A program made the position numbers and the translations under genes. DNA of 64,000 nucleotides from Antechinus flavipes (taxonomy: Eukaryota), in NCBI RefSeq assembly GCF_016432865.1, contig NC_067404.1, positions 84,940,001 through 85,004,000 of the forward strand. Reading direction: 5' to 3'. The notes under the pieces are model-generated. The model was not told the DNA's origin, made no database searches, and worked only from the letters and a program-made list of their open reading frames with translations. Below are positions 13,001 through 23,600 of this stretch, in pieces; within the stretch, counting starts at the first letter, position 1, and every line of letters begins with the position of its first letter.

Positions 13001-16000
13001 GGGCCCTGAGATCCCCAGTTGGGTCCTTTGTGTATTTTCTCTGCTCTGAGTCCTTGAGCCTCTTCTAGCCTGAGCGCCATGGGATGTGGACCAGATGCTA
13101 GATTGAGGCTTGAAGGATGCAGTTTGGGATGTGCACTCTGCCCTTCACCCCCTAAGGGTCTTTGGGCCGCATCTCCCCCTCTGTGGCAAATGAGTGTTGG
13201 ATTTCATTGGCCATGAACGGTCTCTGTGGCTTGGATTTTATGTCTTCAAGGGGGAAAAAAGAGGCCTTCTTTCCATAGCTTGGAGCTTCTGCTGGTTAGG
13301 GGAAGCTAACTCAGACCTCGCTTTCCCCAAAGGCCTAGCCAGGGGTCCTCAAACTTTTGAAGTAGGGGGCCAGTTCTCTGTCCCTCAGACTGTTGGAGAG
13401 CCGGACTATAGTAAAAACAAAAACTTTGTTTTGTGGGCCTTTAAATAAAGAAATTTCATAGCCCTGAGTGAGGGGGATAATCGTCTTCAGCTGCCGCATC
13501 TGGCCCGCGGCCTTAGTTTGAGGACCCCTGGAGTGCCTTTCTGCTCTCCTTCCTTATCTGCTGGGAACTGTGGTGACAGGCTCAGTTTCCTCTACCTTCC
13601 TGTCCCCAGCCATGGTTGAGTGACCCTGAGGATGCCCCTTTCCTGGACCCAGCTCTTCGGAAACGTGCAGTGAAAGTAAAACATGTCAAGCGGCGGGAGA
13701 AGAAGTCGGAGAAGAAGGTGAATGGCGGGAGAGGCGCCAGTAGTGGTGGGCCTTGGGGAGCTGTCCAGGAGACTCACGGGGTTGCCCCTATCGCCCTAGA
13801 AGGAAGAGAAGTATAAACGTCATCGGCAGAAGCAGAGGCACAAAGATAAGTGGAAACACCCTGAACGCCCAGATGTCAAGGACCCAGCCTCCTTGCCCCA
13901 GTGCCTGGGCCCCAGCTGTGTCCAGCCTGCCCAGCCAGGTTCCAAGTACTGCTCTGATGACTGTGGCATGAAGCTGGCTGCCAAGTGAGGAAGCCATTTC
14001 CCCTCCCCCAGCGGCTTGGCCCTTCTTCTCCCCCCCCCCCCCCCCCCCAGCTCTGTTCCTTGCCCACATCACACATGGCCTAGTTCCTTCCCCTATTCTG
14101 TTCCATCCCAGCTGTAGCCCATGTGACCCCCGGGAGGGACCCCAGAGGCCACGAGCCCTCTGGGGTCCTTTGCCATACACATCCCTCTTTCTTGCCCTGG
14201 CAGTCGAATCTATGAAATCCTACCCCAGAGAATTCAGCAGTGGCAGCAGAGCCCATGTATTGCGGAAGAACATGGGAAGAAGCTTCTGGAGCGGATCCGA
14301 AGGGAGCAGCAGGGGGCTCGGATGCGCCTGCAAGATATGGAACGGCGCTTTCACGAGCTGGAGGCTGTCATCCTTAGGGCCAAGCAGCAGGTGGTACGAG
14401 AGGATGAAGAGGTGAGAGGAGCCTTGGCAGAGAAGGGAGCCCTTAGGAAACGTGAACCATTCTCAGCCTCATTTCATGTTTGCCTCTGTTCTCTGGCATT
14501 TCAGAGTAATGAGGGAGACAGTGAAGACACAGACCTACAGATCTTTTGTGTCTCCTGTGGCCACCCCATCAACCCCAAGGTAGCGTTGAGACACATGGAG
14601 CGTTGCTATGCCAAGGTACGCGGCCCCTCAGCCGTTTGGGGAAGACGGGGTGGTGGTCCCTCCTGGTCTTTGCAGGGCAGTTGGGCCAGTCGGGCCGGAG
14701 CTGAGGCTTGATCCTGGGAGGCCTTGGAAGATGGGCAGTAAACTTATCCTTCGGAGGCCAGGGTCCAGGCTTGTTTGGCTTAAGGAAATGGGAACTGTCT
14801 GACCTGGCGGAGGGCAGAACGGTAGCTGTCCTCAGAACAACAGAGATCGGACAGACTCTTGGCCGGGGGGGGAAGGGAGAGGGCAGAGAGGCAGAGGGCA
14901 GGAAGTGGGCACCAGCTGATGAAGGTAAGACAAGCAGATGCCTGCTAACAAGGGGATGACTCTTGGCCGAGCCGGCTCTGTGAGGAACATCTGTCACACT
15001 TGGCCCCCTGTGTCTTCCACAGTATGAGAGCCAGACATCCTTCGGATCCATGTACCCCACCAGAATTGAGGGGTGAGAAGGGGCATTTTACGGGAGGGGT
15101 GGGGAAGGCTGAGCCATCGTCTTCTCCGATCACTGATAACCATCTGGTTCTCTTGCTTCTCACCCCCCCACCCTACTAGGGCCACTCGACTCTTCTGTGA
15201 CGTCTACAACCCACAGAGTAAGACATATTGCAAACGCCTGCAGGTACTATGCCCTGAGCACTCCAGGGACCCTAAGGTGAGTAAGGACGTAGGGGACACT
15301 GGTGTTTGAAGCGGGCCCTGGGGATGCAGTCCTTGCCATCATTTCTCTGGGGAACAGTTGTCCAAGCTAGTGCCAATGGGTGAAGAGCCCTTAGCTCACG
15401 TGTCTCTAATAATCCCCTGGGCTTGTGTGCCCGTTTCGGGGAGGGGCAGGTGCCAGCCGATGAAGTGTGTGGCTGCCCCTTGGTACGGGACGTGTTTGAG
15501 CTGACTGGGGACTTCTGCCGCCTGCCCAAACGACAGTGCAATCGGCACTACTGCTGGGAGAAACTTCGGAGAGCTGAGGTGGACCTGGAGCGAGTGCGAG
15601 TGGTGAGGATTTTCTGCTTTGGCCCAGGTTTTCTCCCCAAGTCCATGTGGGCTTCAGGCAGTGAGCAGGCTGGAGTACCTGGCACAGAGTGTTAGTCCCA
15701 GTTGGAGGTTCTAGAGAAATTGGCACTCTCCATTCTTCTACCTCTGGTGGCGGGCTGGCATTTCTCCTGCATAAGGGCTGTGAGGTTGGGCCAGTGAGAC
15801 GGCCTTGCCCTTGGAGCTGGGGGAGAGGCCAAATTTGGAGGTGTAGGTAACACACTCTTACCCTGGGGAGGTGGGGTGCTGGGCGAAGGCTGGTGGAAAG
15901 AGATGCTCTTCACCTGGAGGAGCTGCATACAAATTGGTCTATGCGAAGTTCCCCCAACTTTGGCCACAGCCACCACTAAACTCAACTTGAGAGAGACCTG

Positions 16001-16211
16001 GGTTGTGGAAATAGCCACACCCATACACGGCTCTAAAGTGCTTTCCTTGCTCCCTCTTATGTAGTGGTACAAGCTGGATGAACTGTTTGAGCAGGAGCGA
16101 AATGTTCGAATGGCCATGACCAACCGGGCCGGCCTGCTGGCGCTGATGCTGCACCAGACCATCCAGCACGACCCCCTCACCACCGACCTGCGGACCAACG
16201 CCGACCGCTGA
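9998..16211 (+). CDS. CXXC1: CXXC finger protein 1 (CFP1): PHD finger, CXXC finger, SET1-binding coiled coil, Cys-rich C-terminus; 621 aa
   Basis: Exons 9998-10000, 10951-11081, 11488-11588, 11682-11917, 12139-12294, 12393-12419, 12807-12959, 13610-13717, 13800-13984, 14204-14411, 14505-14615, 15023-15072, 15180-15276, 15450-15602, 16065-16211; all GT-AG, phases consistent (1866 nt). Motifs [56 protein letters not shown] and C-terminal [12 protein letters not shown] match CFP1. Confidence 0.97.
13340..13530 (+). mobile_element. Non-autonomous hAT MITE, OC1/OposCharlie1-like
   Basis: Perfect 15-bp TIRs CAGGGGTCCTCAAAC / GTTTGAGGACCCCTG; internal GGGGCCAGTTC-CTGTCCCTCAGAC-GTTGGAG-GCCGGACTATAG as remembered for OC1 MITEs; no 8-bp TSD visible. 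Confidence 0.8.
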
Positions 16212-16560
16212 GTCGGCCCCATGGCCCGGAAGGGTAGAGGGGTAGTGACCGACCCTCCCTTCCTTCAGCTCTGCTGCCTTCCTCTCTTCAAGTGTTCAAT
16301 TGTGCCCCCATGCCTTCCTTGGCCTGTGGGGCCCTGCAACTAGTGTTCTCCTTTGGTGGACCTGCCCTCCCACCAAATCCCTGTTTGTTTGCTTCTGTCA
16401 TTTGTCTGCCCCTGTTCCACCTGCCCTGAGCCTTTGCTCTGTTCCTGCTAGCCATCCCTTCCCGACCTCAGTAATCCGCACTTTCTAATGACTGAGGCCC
16501 TAGAGGGGAATCCAGCAAGAATTTGGGGGGATCTGGGGCTGAGCCTCCAACGTTGTTCAC

Positions 16561-16566
16561 AATAAA
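16561..16566 (+). terminator. CXXC1 poly(A) signal
   Basis: AATAAA 350 nt after the stop, followed by a GT/T-rich downstream element. Confidence 0.75.
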
Positions 16567-17099
16567 GTTTGGGAAAAAAAAGTGGTTGGCTTCCTTTTGC
16601 CTCATCTGCTGTGTTTAACCCTCAAGGCCTGACACTCCCCTAGGTGGGGTATAGGGGTAGCCCTGAGGTTCAAGATTTCCAGACCTTCTGGGGTGGCAGG
16701 GGCTGCCGGCTCAGCAGGAGGGGAGGGCTGGGCTGAAAACGGACCCAGTTTGGGGGTGCTTCCTCTGGGGCCGCCACACTGGCTAACAGGAGTGGGACTT
16801 TGCAGGGATTTTCAAGTTCAACCTCACTAGCTCCCTAGAAGTCAGGTGCTTCTCTTGGCCCCATTTGTCAGATGGGGAAACCGCCTGAAGGAGCGTTAGG
16901 TCAGTGAAGGAATCAGAATTTGACCTTGGGAGGGGTGGGGGAAGGCCGGAGTCCCAGCTCATCTGAGGCTCCCTCCTCCCATCTGGTTGCTGGTGCCCGA
17001 GGCAGATGCACAGGTGATCATCATGGAGGGTCTGGCATAGGCTGCCTGTGGCAACCTTGGAGGTCCCTTGCACCCTGAACTACTCCTCACGAGTCCCTT

Positions 17100-18070
17100 C
17101 TTGAAACAGACTCCTGACCCCACCCTTGGGTGAGTGCTGGGTGGCCAGGTGCGCCTCTCCCCGCCCGCGTGAGGGGAGTGAGGGAAGCGGGGCTCGAGAC
17201 TGGAGCTTAACGGAAACTGGCGTGCCTGTCTCCGCCCCCTCGATAGGCTCCGCCCCCTCTCCCGCAGCCTGGCGCGTCTTTGCGTCGCGTTGGGTGGGGC
17301 GGGGTCGGACCGGATTTCCGGTTCCGGGTTCAACGGAACTAGTGCTTGCGGCCGTGGTGGGCAGGCAGGCAGGCAGGCCTTCGCTGACTGACGAGGAACG
17401 CGGGCTGGGCTGGAGGGAGCCGAGCAGGTAGGAGGGAGCTGGGCCGCGGGGGTGGATGCGGGCCGAGCTGGAGGGGCCGGGGCGCGGGCCCCTGGCTGTC
17501 GCTCCCCGGTCACTTCAGGCAAAAGCGCGGGCCCCTGGCGGTCGCTCTCCGGCCATTTCAGGCAAAGGCGCGGAGGCGGCTGAAAGAGCGAGTCTTTAAA
17601 AATTGGCAGCCTGCGCGCCGGGCTGATGGCGACGGTTCAGAGGAAGGGACGGAAAGTTAAGGCCTCCGCGCCTTGGAAAGGCGGCGGGCCTGGCTTGCGT
17701 CCCTCGAGTCTGGGCCTGGGCCCGTGAGGGGGCGGGGGAGGGGGGAGGGGAAGAGGGAGGGCGAGCGAGAGAGAGCGATCCTGAGCGTGGGGGCTCTGAG
17801 GAGGACTGAGGAGTCGGGCGGGGAGGCGGCTAGTTCCTCCCCTCCCCCCTCCTTTTTCACCGCTTCCCTCGCTTTCCCTTCTCCTTTTCCTCCCCCTCCG
17901 CGGTCCCTCCAGTCTGTCCAGAACAGGCCTTGTTTCTGCCTCCCCAGGGGGACTCGAAGGGAAAAGCGCCCAGAACTGCAAGGCGGGCAAAGAGGGCAGT
18001 AGGTGGCGCTCCCTCGAGGTGACGGCAGACGGGGGTCCCACTGGTGAAGCCGCCCAGCCATTTGCGGCCG
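17100..18070 (+). promoter_or_regulatory. MBD1 CpG-island promoter and non-coding exon 1
   Basis: CpG island ~550 bp after the CXXC1 poly(A) signal; ETS-like TTCCGG pair ~17315-17326; donor CAG|GTAGGA after 17427; CTCF-like GCAGTAGGTGGCGC at 17996-18009. Confidence 0.7.
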
Positions 18071-18934
18071 CGGTTTCCTTCTTTGGAAAATAAGGGGGTG
18101 GGTTTCAGTTGCCTGCAGGGTCCGACCCAGCACTATTTTGGGCCACATCTCTTCCTGCCCCTTGTGTGGTGAGGAGGAGGAAGAGGGGTTCTTGGGGAAG
18201 GGGGAGGGGCACCCTGGGGCTTTTGCTTTCTCTGGTTGCTGGGGAAGGGCGGATTTGGCCCACGTTAAGCCAAAGCCGACGGGCCACCAGGTTCTGATTT
18301 AAGGGCCATACGGAGAGGGGGAATTCCACCGTTTCCTCTGAGAGCCATATTGCTCCCATCAGAGCCAGGAGGGCAGGGCATGGAGAAGCAGGAAGAAGGC
18401 CCGGCTGCTATTTGGCGTACCTGAGCAGCATTTGCTGGCCTAAAGTGTTCTGAGAAGCTTGTGGCCCAGCCAGGGAGGCTGGGTTAGAAGGAGAAATTAA
18501 AGAACTAGTGGGCCCCTTTCTGCCCAATTCTAGAGCACTGGCTTAGCTGGGGGCTTACAGGGCTTACTGGGGACAAGGATCGAGAGGACACTTTTTCCCA
18601 GGTGGCCCTTAGGCTGAGCCCAGATCAGAAGGCCCAGGCTTGCTGTTGCTTTTGGCCAGGCCCCTCAGGTGTGGCTAGGCACCCCTGGATGTGTCAGCCC
18701 AGAGTCTACCCCTTCCCTCTACCTGGCTCACAGCAACTGAGCTAAATTCAAGGTGTGTCGGTAGCATCAGTGGCATCTTAGCACTCCAGAACAGCAGGCA
18801 GGATTGGTCTGGACTCTCAACCTGTTGGGCTCCTGGGAGAACTGAAGCCCCTTCCATCTTGGATCCTTTATCATTTCTTTTCCAAAGCAGCCATTTTACC
18901 TCTGGTTCTAAAAAGTAACAGCCCCATTTTAGGG

Positions 18935-19769
18935 TTTCTTTCCATTCCATTCTTTTCTTTTCTGTTCCTTTCCCTTCCTTTCTATTCTATTCCATTCCTT
19001 TCCATTCCATTGATTCCATTCTGTTCTTTTCCATTTCCTTCCGTTCCAGTTTTTTGTGTTCCATTCCATTCTGTTCTTTTCCATTTCCTTCTGTTCCAGT
19101 TTTTTGTGTTCCATTTCATTCCATTCTGTTCCTTTCCATTCCATTTTGTTTTTTCTCATTCCTTTCTGTTCTGTTCTATTCCATTCCTTTCTGTTCCATT
19201 CTTTTTCATTCCATTCCATTCTGGTCCTTTCCATTCCATTCCTTCCCATTCCTTTCTGTTCTATTCCATCCCATTTTCTTCTTTCCCATTCCTTTCTGTT
19301 CTATTCCTTTCCATTTTCTTCTTTCCCATTCCTTTCTGTTCTATTCCATTCCATTTTCTTCTTTCCCATTCCTTTCTGTTCTATTCCATCCCATTTTCTT
19401 CTTTCCCATTCCTTTCTGTTCTGTTCTATTCCATTCCTTTCTGTTCCATTCTTTTTCATTCCATTCCATTCTGTTCCTTTCCATTTCATTCCTTTCTGTT
19501 CTGTTCCATTTTATTCCGTTCTTTTCCATTCCTTTCTGTTCTGTTCTTTTCCTTTCCATTCCATTCCGTTGCTTTTCATTCCATTCCTTTTCATTCTGTT
19601 CCATTCCTTTCTTTTCTTTCCCTTCCTTTCTTTCGATTTGATTCCTTTTCTTCCCATTCCTTTTCTATTGTCCATTCATTTCCTCTCCTCTTTTTCTTTT
19701 CTCCTCTCCTTTCCTTTTTCCTTTCTCCCCTCCTTTTTCCTTTTTCTTCTCTCCTTTTTCCTTTCCTTC
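18935..19769. repeat. Complex pentameric (TTCCA/TTCTG/TTCCT) polypyrimidine microsatellite in MBD1 intron 1
   Basis: Direct reading; 40-bp and ~250-bp internal periodicity. Confidence 0.95.
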
Positions 19770-20611
19770 ACCAAGTACCCTTGGCACACTCATTCCCTAT
19801 TGAGTTTGAGAGGCAGACCTGGGTTTATCCAATGTCTGGACTAGCTGGTCCTTTAGCCTTGAACTACTGCCTTCTTCTTTGGCCTCAGTTTCCCCCATTT
19901 TATACAATTCTCACTGAGACTGTGATTCTAGGCAAGCTGGGTTTGCCTTCCATTCATTGGACCCTTCTCCCAGGAAGATCTTGGTCTTTATTTAAAAGTT
20001 GAAGGTTCGAACAAGCCCCAGCAGGGCTTCTTTGTTAGTTTCTGCATGGGCAGTTGACCACAGGGAACAGAGAAACAGGATGTGGTTGCCCAGGCATCCT
20101 AGTACGGGGGTCTTGGCATGTGGTAAGCAGGACACAGCTTCCCGCTCGGCTCGGTGCAGGAAGTTTGGGGTCCTGCTGGACGTTTCAAAATCTGGGGCCT
20201 CTACAGACTCTTGGTAGTTTCAAAGTCTTGTTAATCCCAACCAGTGGTTGGAGAGCACTCTTCCCTGGGAGGAGACAGGCGTTATCTCATTTGGTAAATA
20301 TCTTGCCATCCCCCTTCTCTGACCACCCAGGTCCCTGATGCTGTGCGGTTCCATCTGCTTTGAGGACAGTAAAGCCCCTTCCTTAGAGAAATGGCCTCTT
20401 GGCGGTTCTTACTGATCAAACCTGCAACTCCACTGCAGGGTGGGGGGGGCAGGCCTATGCCTGGAGTGTGTAGCCTCCGGTTTGCCTCTTCCTTTGGCCT
20501 GCTGACCTGCCCTGCCTGGGCTCCCTGCACCCCACTGACCTGCCCCCCCCCCCTGCAGGCGGCCACCTCTGGCGCCCATCACTCTCTCCCCTCCCCTGAC
20601 CCCCGTCCTCC

Positions 20612-23600
20612 ATGGCTGAGGACTGGCTGGATTGCCCCGTGTTGGGCCCGGGCTGGAAGCGCCGTGAATCCTTCCGGAAATCCGGAGCTACCTGCGGTCG
20701 TTCAGACACCTATTACCAGAGGTAGGCAGGCACCGAGGTCTTGAGGGGGCGCTGCTGGAGGTGGGGAAGGGATTGAAAGCTTTGGGCTGCAGATGATGGT
20801 TCTGGGGAGGTGTGGACAGAGCTTCTCATTTCTGCAGAGGGGGGCACCAACAGTGCTATTGCCCCAGGGGCCCACATGTTGAACCGCCCGGGTGGCACCC
20901 TAGGTGGGTCAGGAACAACTGGGCCTAGTCTGCCAGCCTCTTTCCAGTGAAGTGGCCTCCCAACCCTGGCCTCTCTGTTGGATTGAGGGAGCCGTGGGAA
21001 GAGAAGGGGAAGGAGGGTGGGAATCATTTTTATAGTGCCTACCATGTGCCAGGCCCTGTGCTAAGCACTTTACACATATTTTTTCTCGAATCCTCACGCC
21101 TGCCCCGGGAGGTAGGTGCTGTTGTGCTGCCCGACTTACGGCTGAGGAAAATGAGGCAGACCGGGAAGTGACTTGCCTAGGGCCGCAACAGCCAGCAAGT
21201 GTCCGAGGCCAAATTTGACACGGGCCTTGAGGCCTCTGAGTGAAAACTTTTATTTTATTTGGAGCCCAGCGAGGTCGGAACCCAAGGGAGGGGGCAGTGG
21301 CTACAAAGTGGGCATCTGGGGAGCTGTTGTGTTCTCTGGCCCCGGGCCTGGACTGGGTGTGCTCACGGAAACGGTCTCCACCGGCCTCACCCCCTCTCCC
21401 GGCCCTCCCCCCAATGTAGCCCTACGGGAGAGCGGATTCGGAGTAAGGTTGAGCTGAGGCGCTTCTTGGGCCCTGACTGTGACCTTAGCCGCTTTGACTT
21501 CAAACGGGGTGTCCTCCAGTATTTGCCCGCCAAGGTATGTTGTACTGCGGGAGGCGGGAACGGGATCAAGAAGGTGAGGGCCCTTTTGGAGTCCTGCTCG
21601 TGTTCCACCCTCCCCCCCCCAGGGAGCTTCTCAAAAGAAAAAGAAGAAGAAGAAGAAGAGGAAGAAGAAGAGACGAGTTTGGCCCAAGAAGAAAGAACCG
21701 TCCCTCAAAGAGAAGCAGTCTCTGGGGTCAACCCCCAGATTCTGCCAGCCTCCCCCCCTGGCCACTCTGGCTATGTGAGTGGGAGACCTGCCTGGTTCAT
21801 CCCGCCGGGGAGCTCCCCAGCCCAGAATTCTTCGAATCGCACAGGGATGGGGCTTCTGGGGGGTCGGGGCGGCACCCTGCTCTTTAAGGTTGCTCCCAGT
21901 GCGGGGCCCCTTGGCACCCCCGGGATGGGAAGGGATGAGATCTGTGAGGGAGTCAGTCACCAGTGCCCTTCTTGCCCCCAAATACCCCCCCAGCCTGCTG
22001 TAACTTCTCCTTTGGGGTTCACTGGCCAGGCTCTCCTTCCCCCTTAGAACCTGTGAAAACTGTGGCGCCAGCATCTCAGGGGACGACGCTCGGCGCCAGC
22101 GGCTCCGGACTCTATGTCAAGGCTGCCGAGGTGGGTCTGGGCTGGTGCTGCGCTCCTCTCTCCCCCCACCCCCCTCCCCTTCCCCATCACTGGCTTGTCT
22201 CTAGGAATTGGGGTGGAGTTTGGCTGGGGGCCCTTGTGGCCAGGGATCAGTGTTTTCCTTTCTTCCCCCAGCCCGGAGGAATGCCTTCAACCGGGAGCAG
22301 AGGATGTTCAAGGTACTAGTTCTTGTTGAGCTCCCGGCCCGGGCCCCACCCCTGCCCTCAAGGGGCTGACAGTCTGGGGGGAGTTTGGGGGGGGGGGGTG
22401 ACCCGGGCGTCTCCTTTCTCCTTGGCAGCGAGTAGGCTGTGGTGAGTGCAAGGCCTGCCAGCTGACTGTGGATTGTGGCACGTGCCCCGACTGCACCATG
22501 CGGGTTTCCCGGCCTGGTGCCTCCCAGCTCCCTGGAAGCCAGTGTGCCCAGCGCCGCTGCCTCAAGATTGTGAAGAAAGTGAGTGGGACTCCTGGGGCTG
22601 GACTGGGCCCGGGGCTGGGCCCTCACGATGCTATTTAATGCCCCTTGCTTCCCAGAGTTTTGGCTGCGGTGTCTGTTCTGGCTGTAAAGTCAAGGAGGAC
22701 TGTGGGATCTGCTGCATTTGTGAGCGCCGGGGGAAACCAGACCTCAAGAGGCAATGGAAATGCCTTCAGCGGCGCTGCCTCAAGGTGAACACTCCCAAAG
22801 GTCCTGGGGTCGCGGGCCTGCTTGCATCTTACATGGTTGACAGGTCTTGGAATGGAGCTCAGGTCCAAAAGCTGAACCCCAGGGGCTTCTGCTGCCCAGA
22901 ATGGCTTTACTGAGTCTAAGGCTGGGGAGCTAACTCTTCCCTTAGTGTGGGGGTCGCAAGAAGCCCCAGGTGCCCAAACACTTCATCGCAACTGACAGAG
23001 CCCTTGCCTCCCAGAAGCGCATCAAGAAGAAACCCCGAGGATTGGCCACCAGGAAGCTCCCGGGCAGACGTCCCCGAGTCCTGATGCCGCCGCCCCCCCC
23101 TCAAGCCTACGGCCCTTTCAGCACTACTAAGGTGGGGAGCACTGCAGCTCGGATAAGTGTGGGGAGAGCTGGGGCGGGGCTTCCTGGCCTCTGACCTGGG
23201 TGCAGCAGGCCACGGTCCCCATCTAGTTTTTGTCATTGGTTCCCCCCCTTTTCCCTCCACTCCATCTTCTTCCTCCCTTTTTGCCTCTGCTGTCAGACTG
23301 GGTTAGCAGTGCCAGTGGAGGTACTTGGCTGCTTCCTGGGGGCTTCTTTGTTCCTGAGGGGTTGGGCATCTGCTTTGATATTGAGGGCTTGGAACCTAGG
23401 GAATGGGGGAGGTGAAAAGGGGTGCCCTGAGGCCTTGACTCTCCTAGGCTGGCTTCCAGCTTCCCTTATGCTGTCCTGACTTCGCCACTGAGCACAGTAG
23501 GAAGAAACTTCTGACTAGGAGTGGGGGGCACGGTGCCCACTAGTTTCTTCCTTCTGCTTGTTCTCCCTTTCTCCCTGACCCTGTTGCTGTGCCTCTGACT

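Noticed and set aside
19010-20002. Phe/Ser-rich ORFs of 195-330 aa
   Set aside because: Translation of the pyrimidine microsatellite in MBD1 intron 1.
21259-22047. 262-aa ORF with poly-Glu as the MBD1 reading frame
   Set aside because: It reads through introns; splice phases (0 in, 2 out) require the poly-Lys frame for exon 21623-21774.
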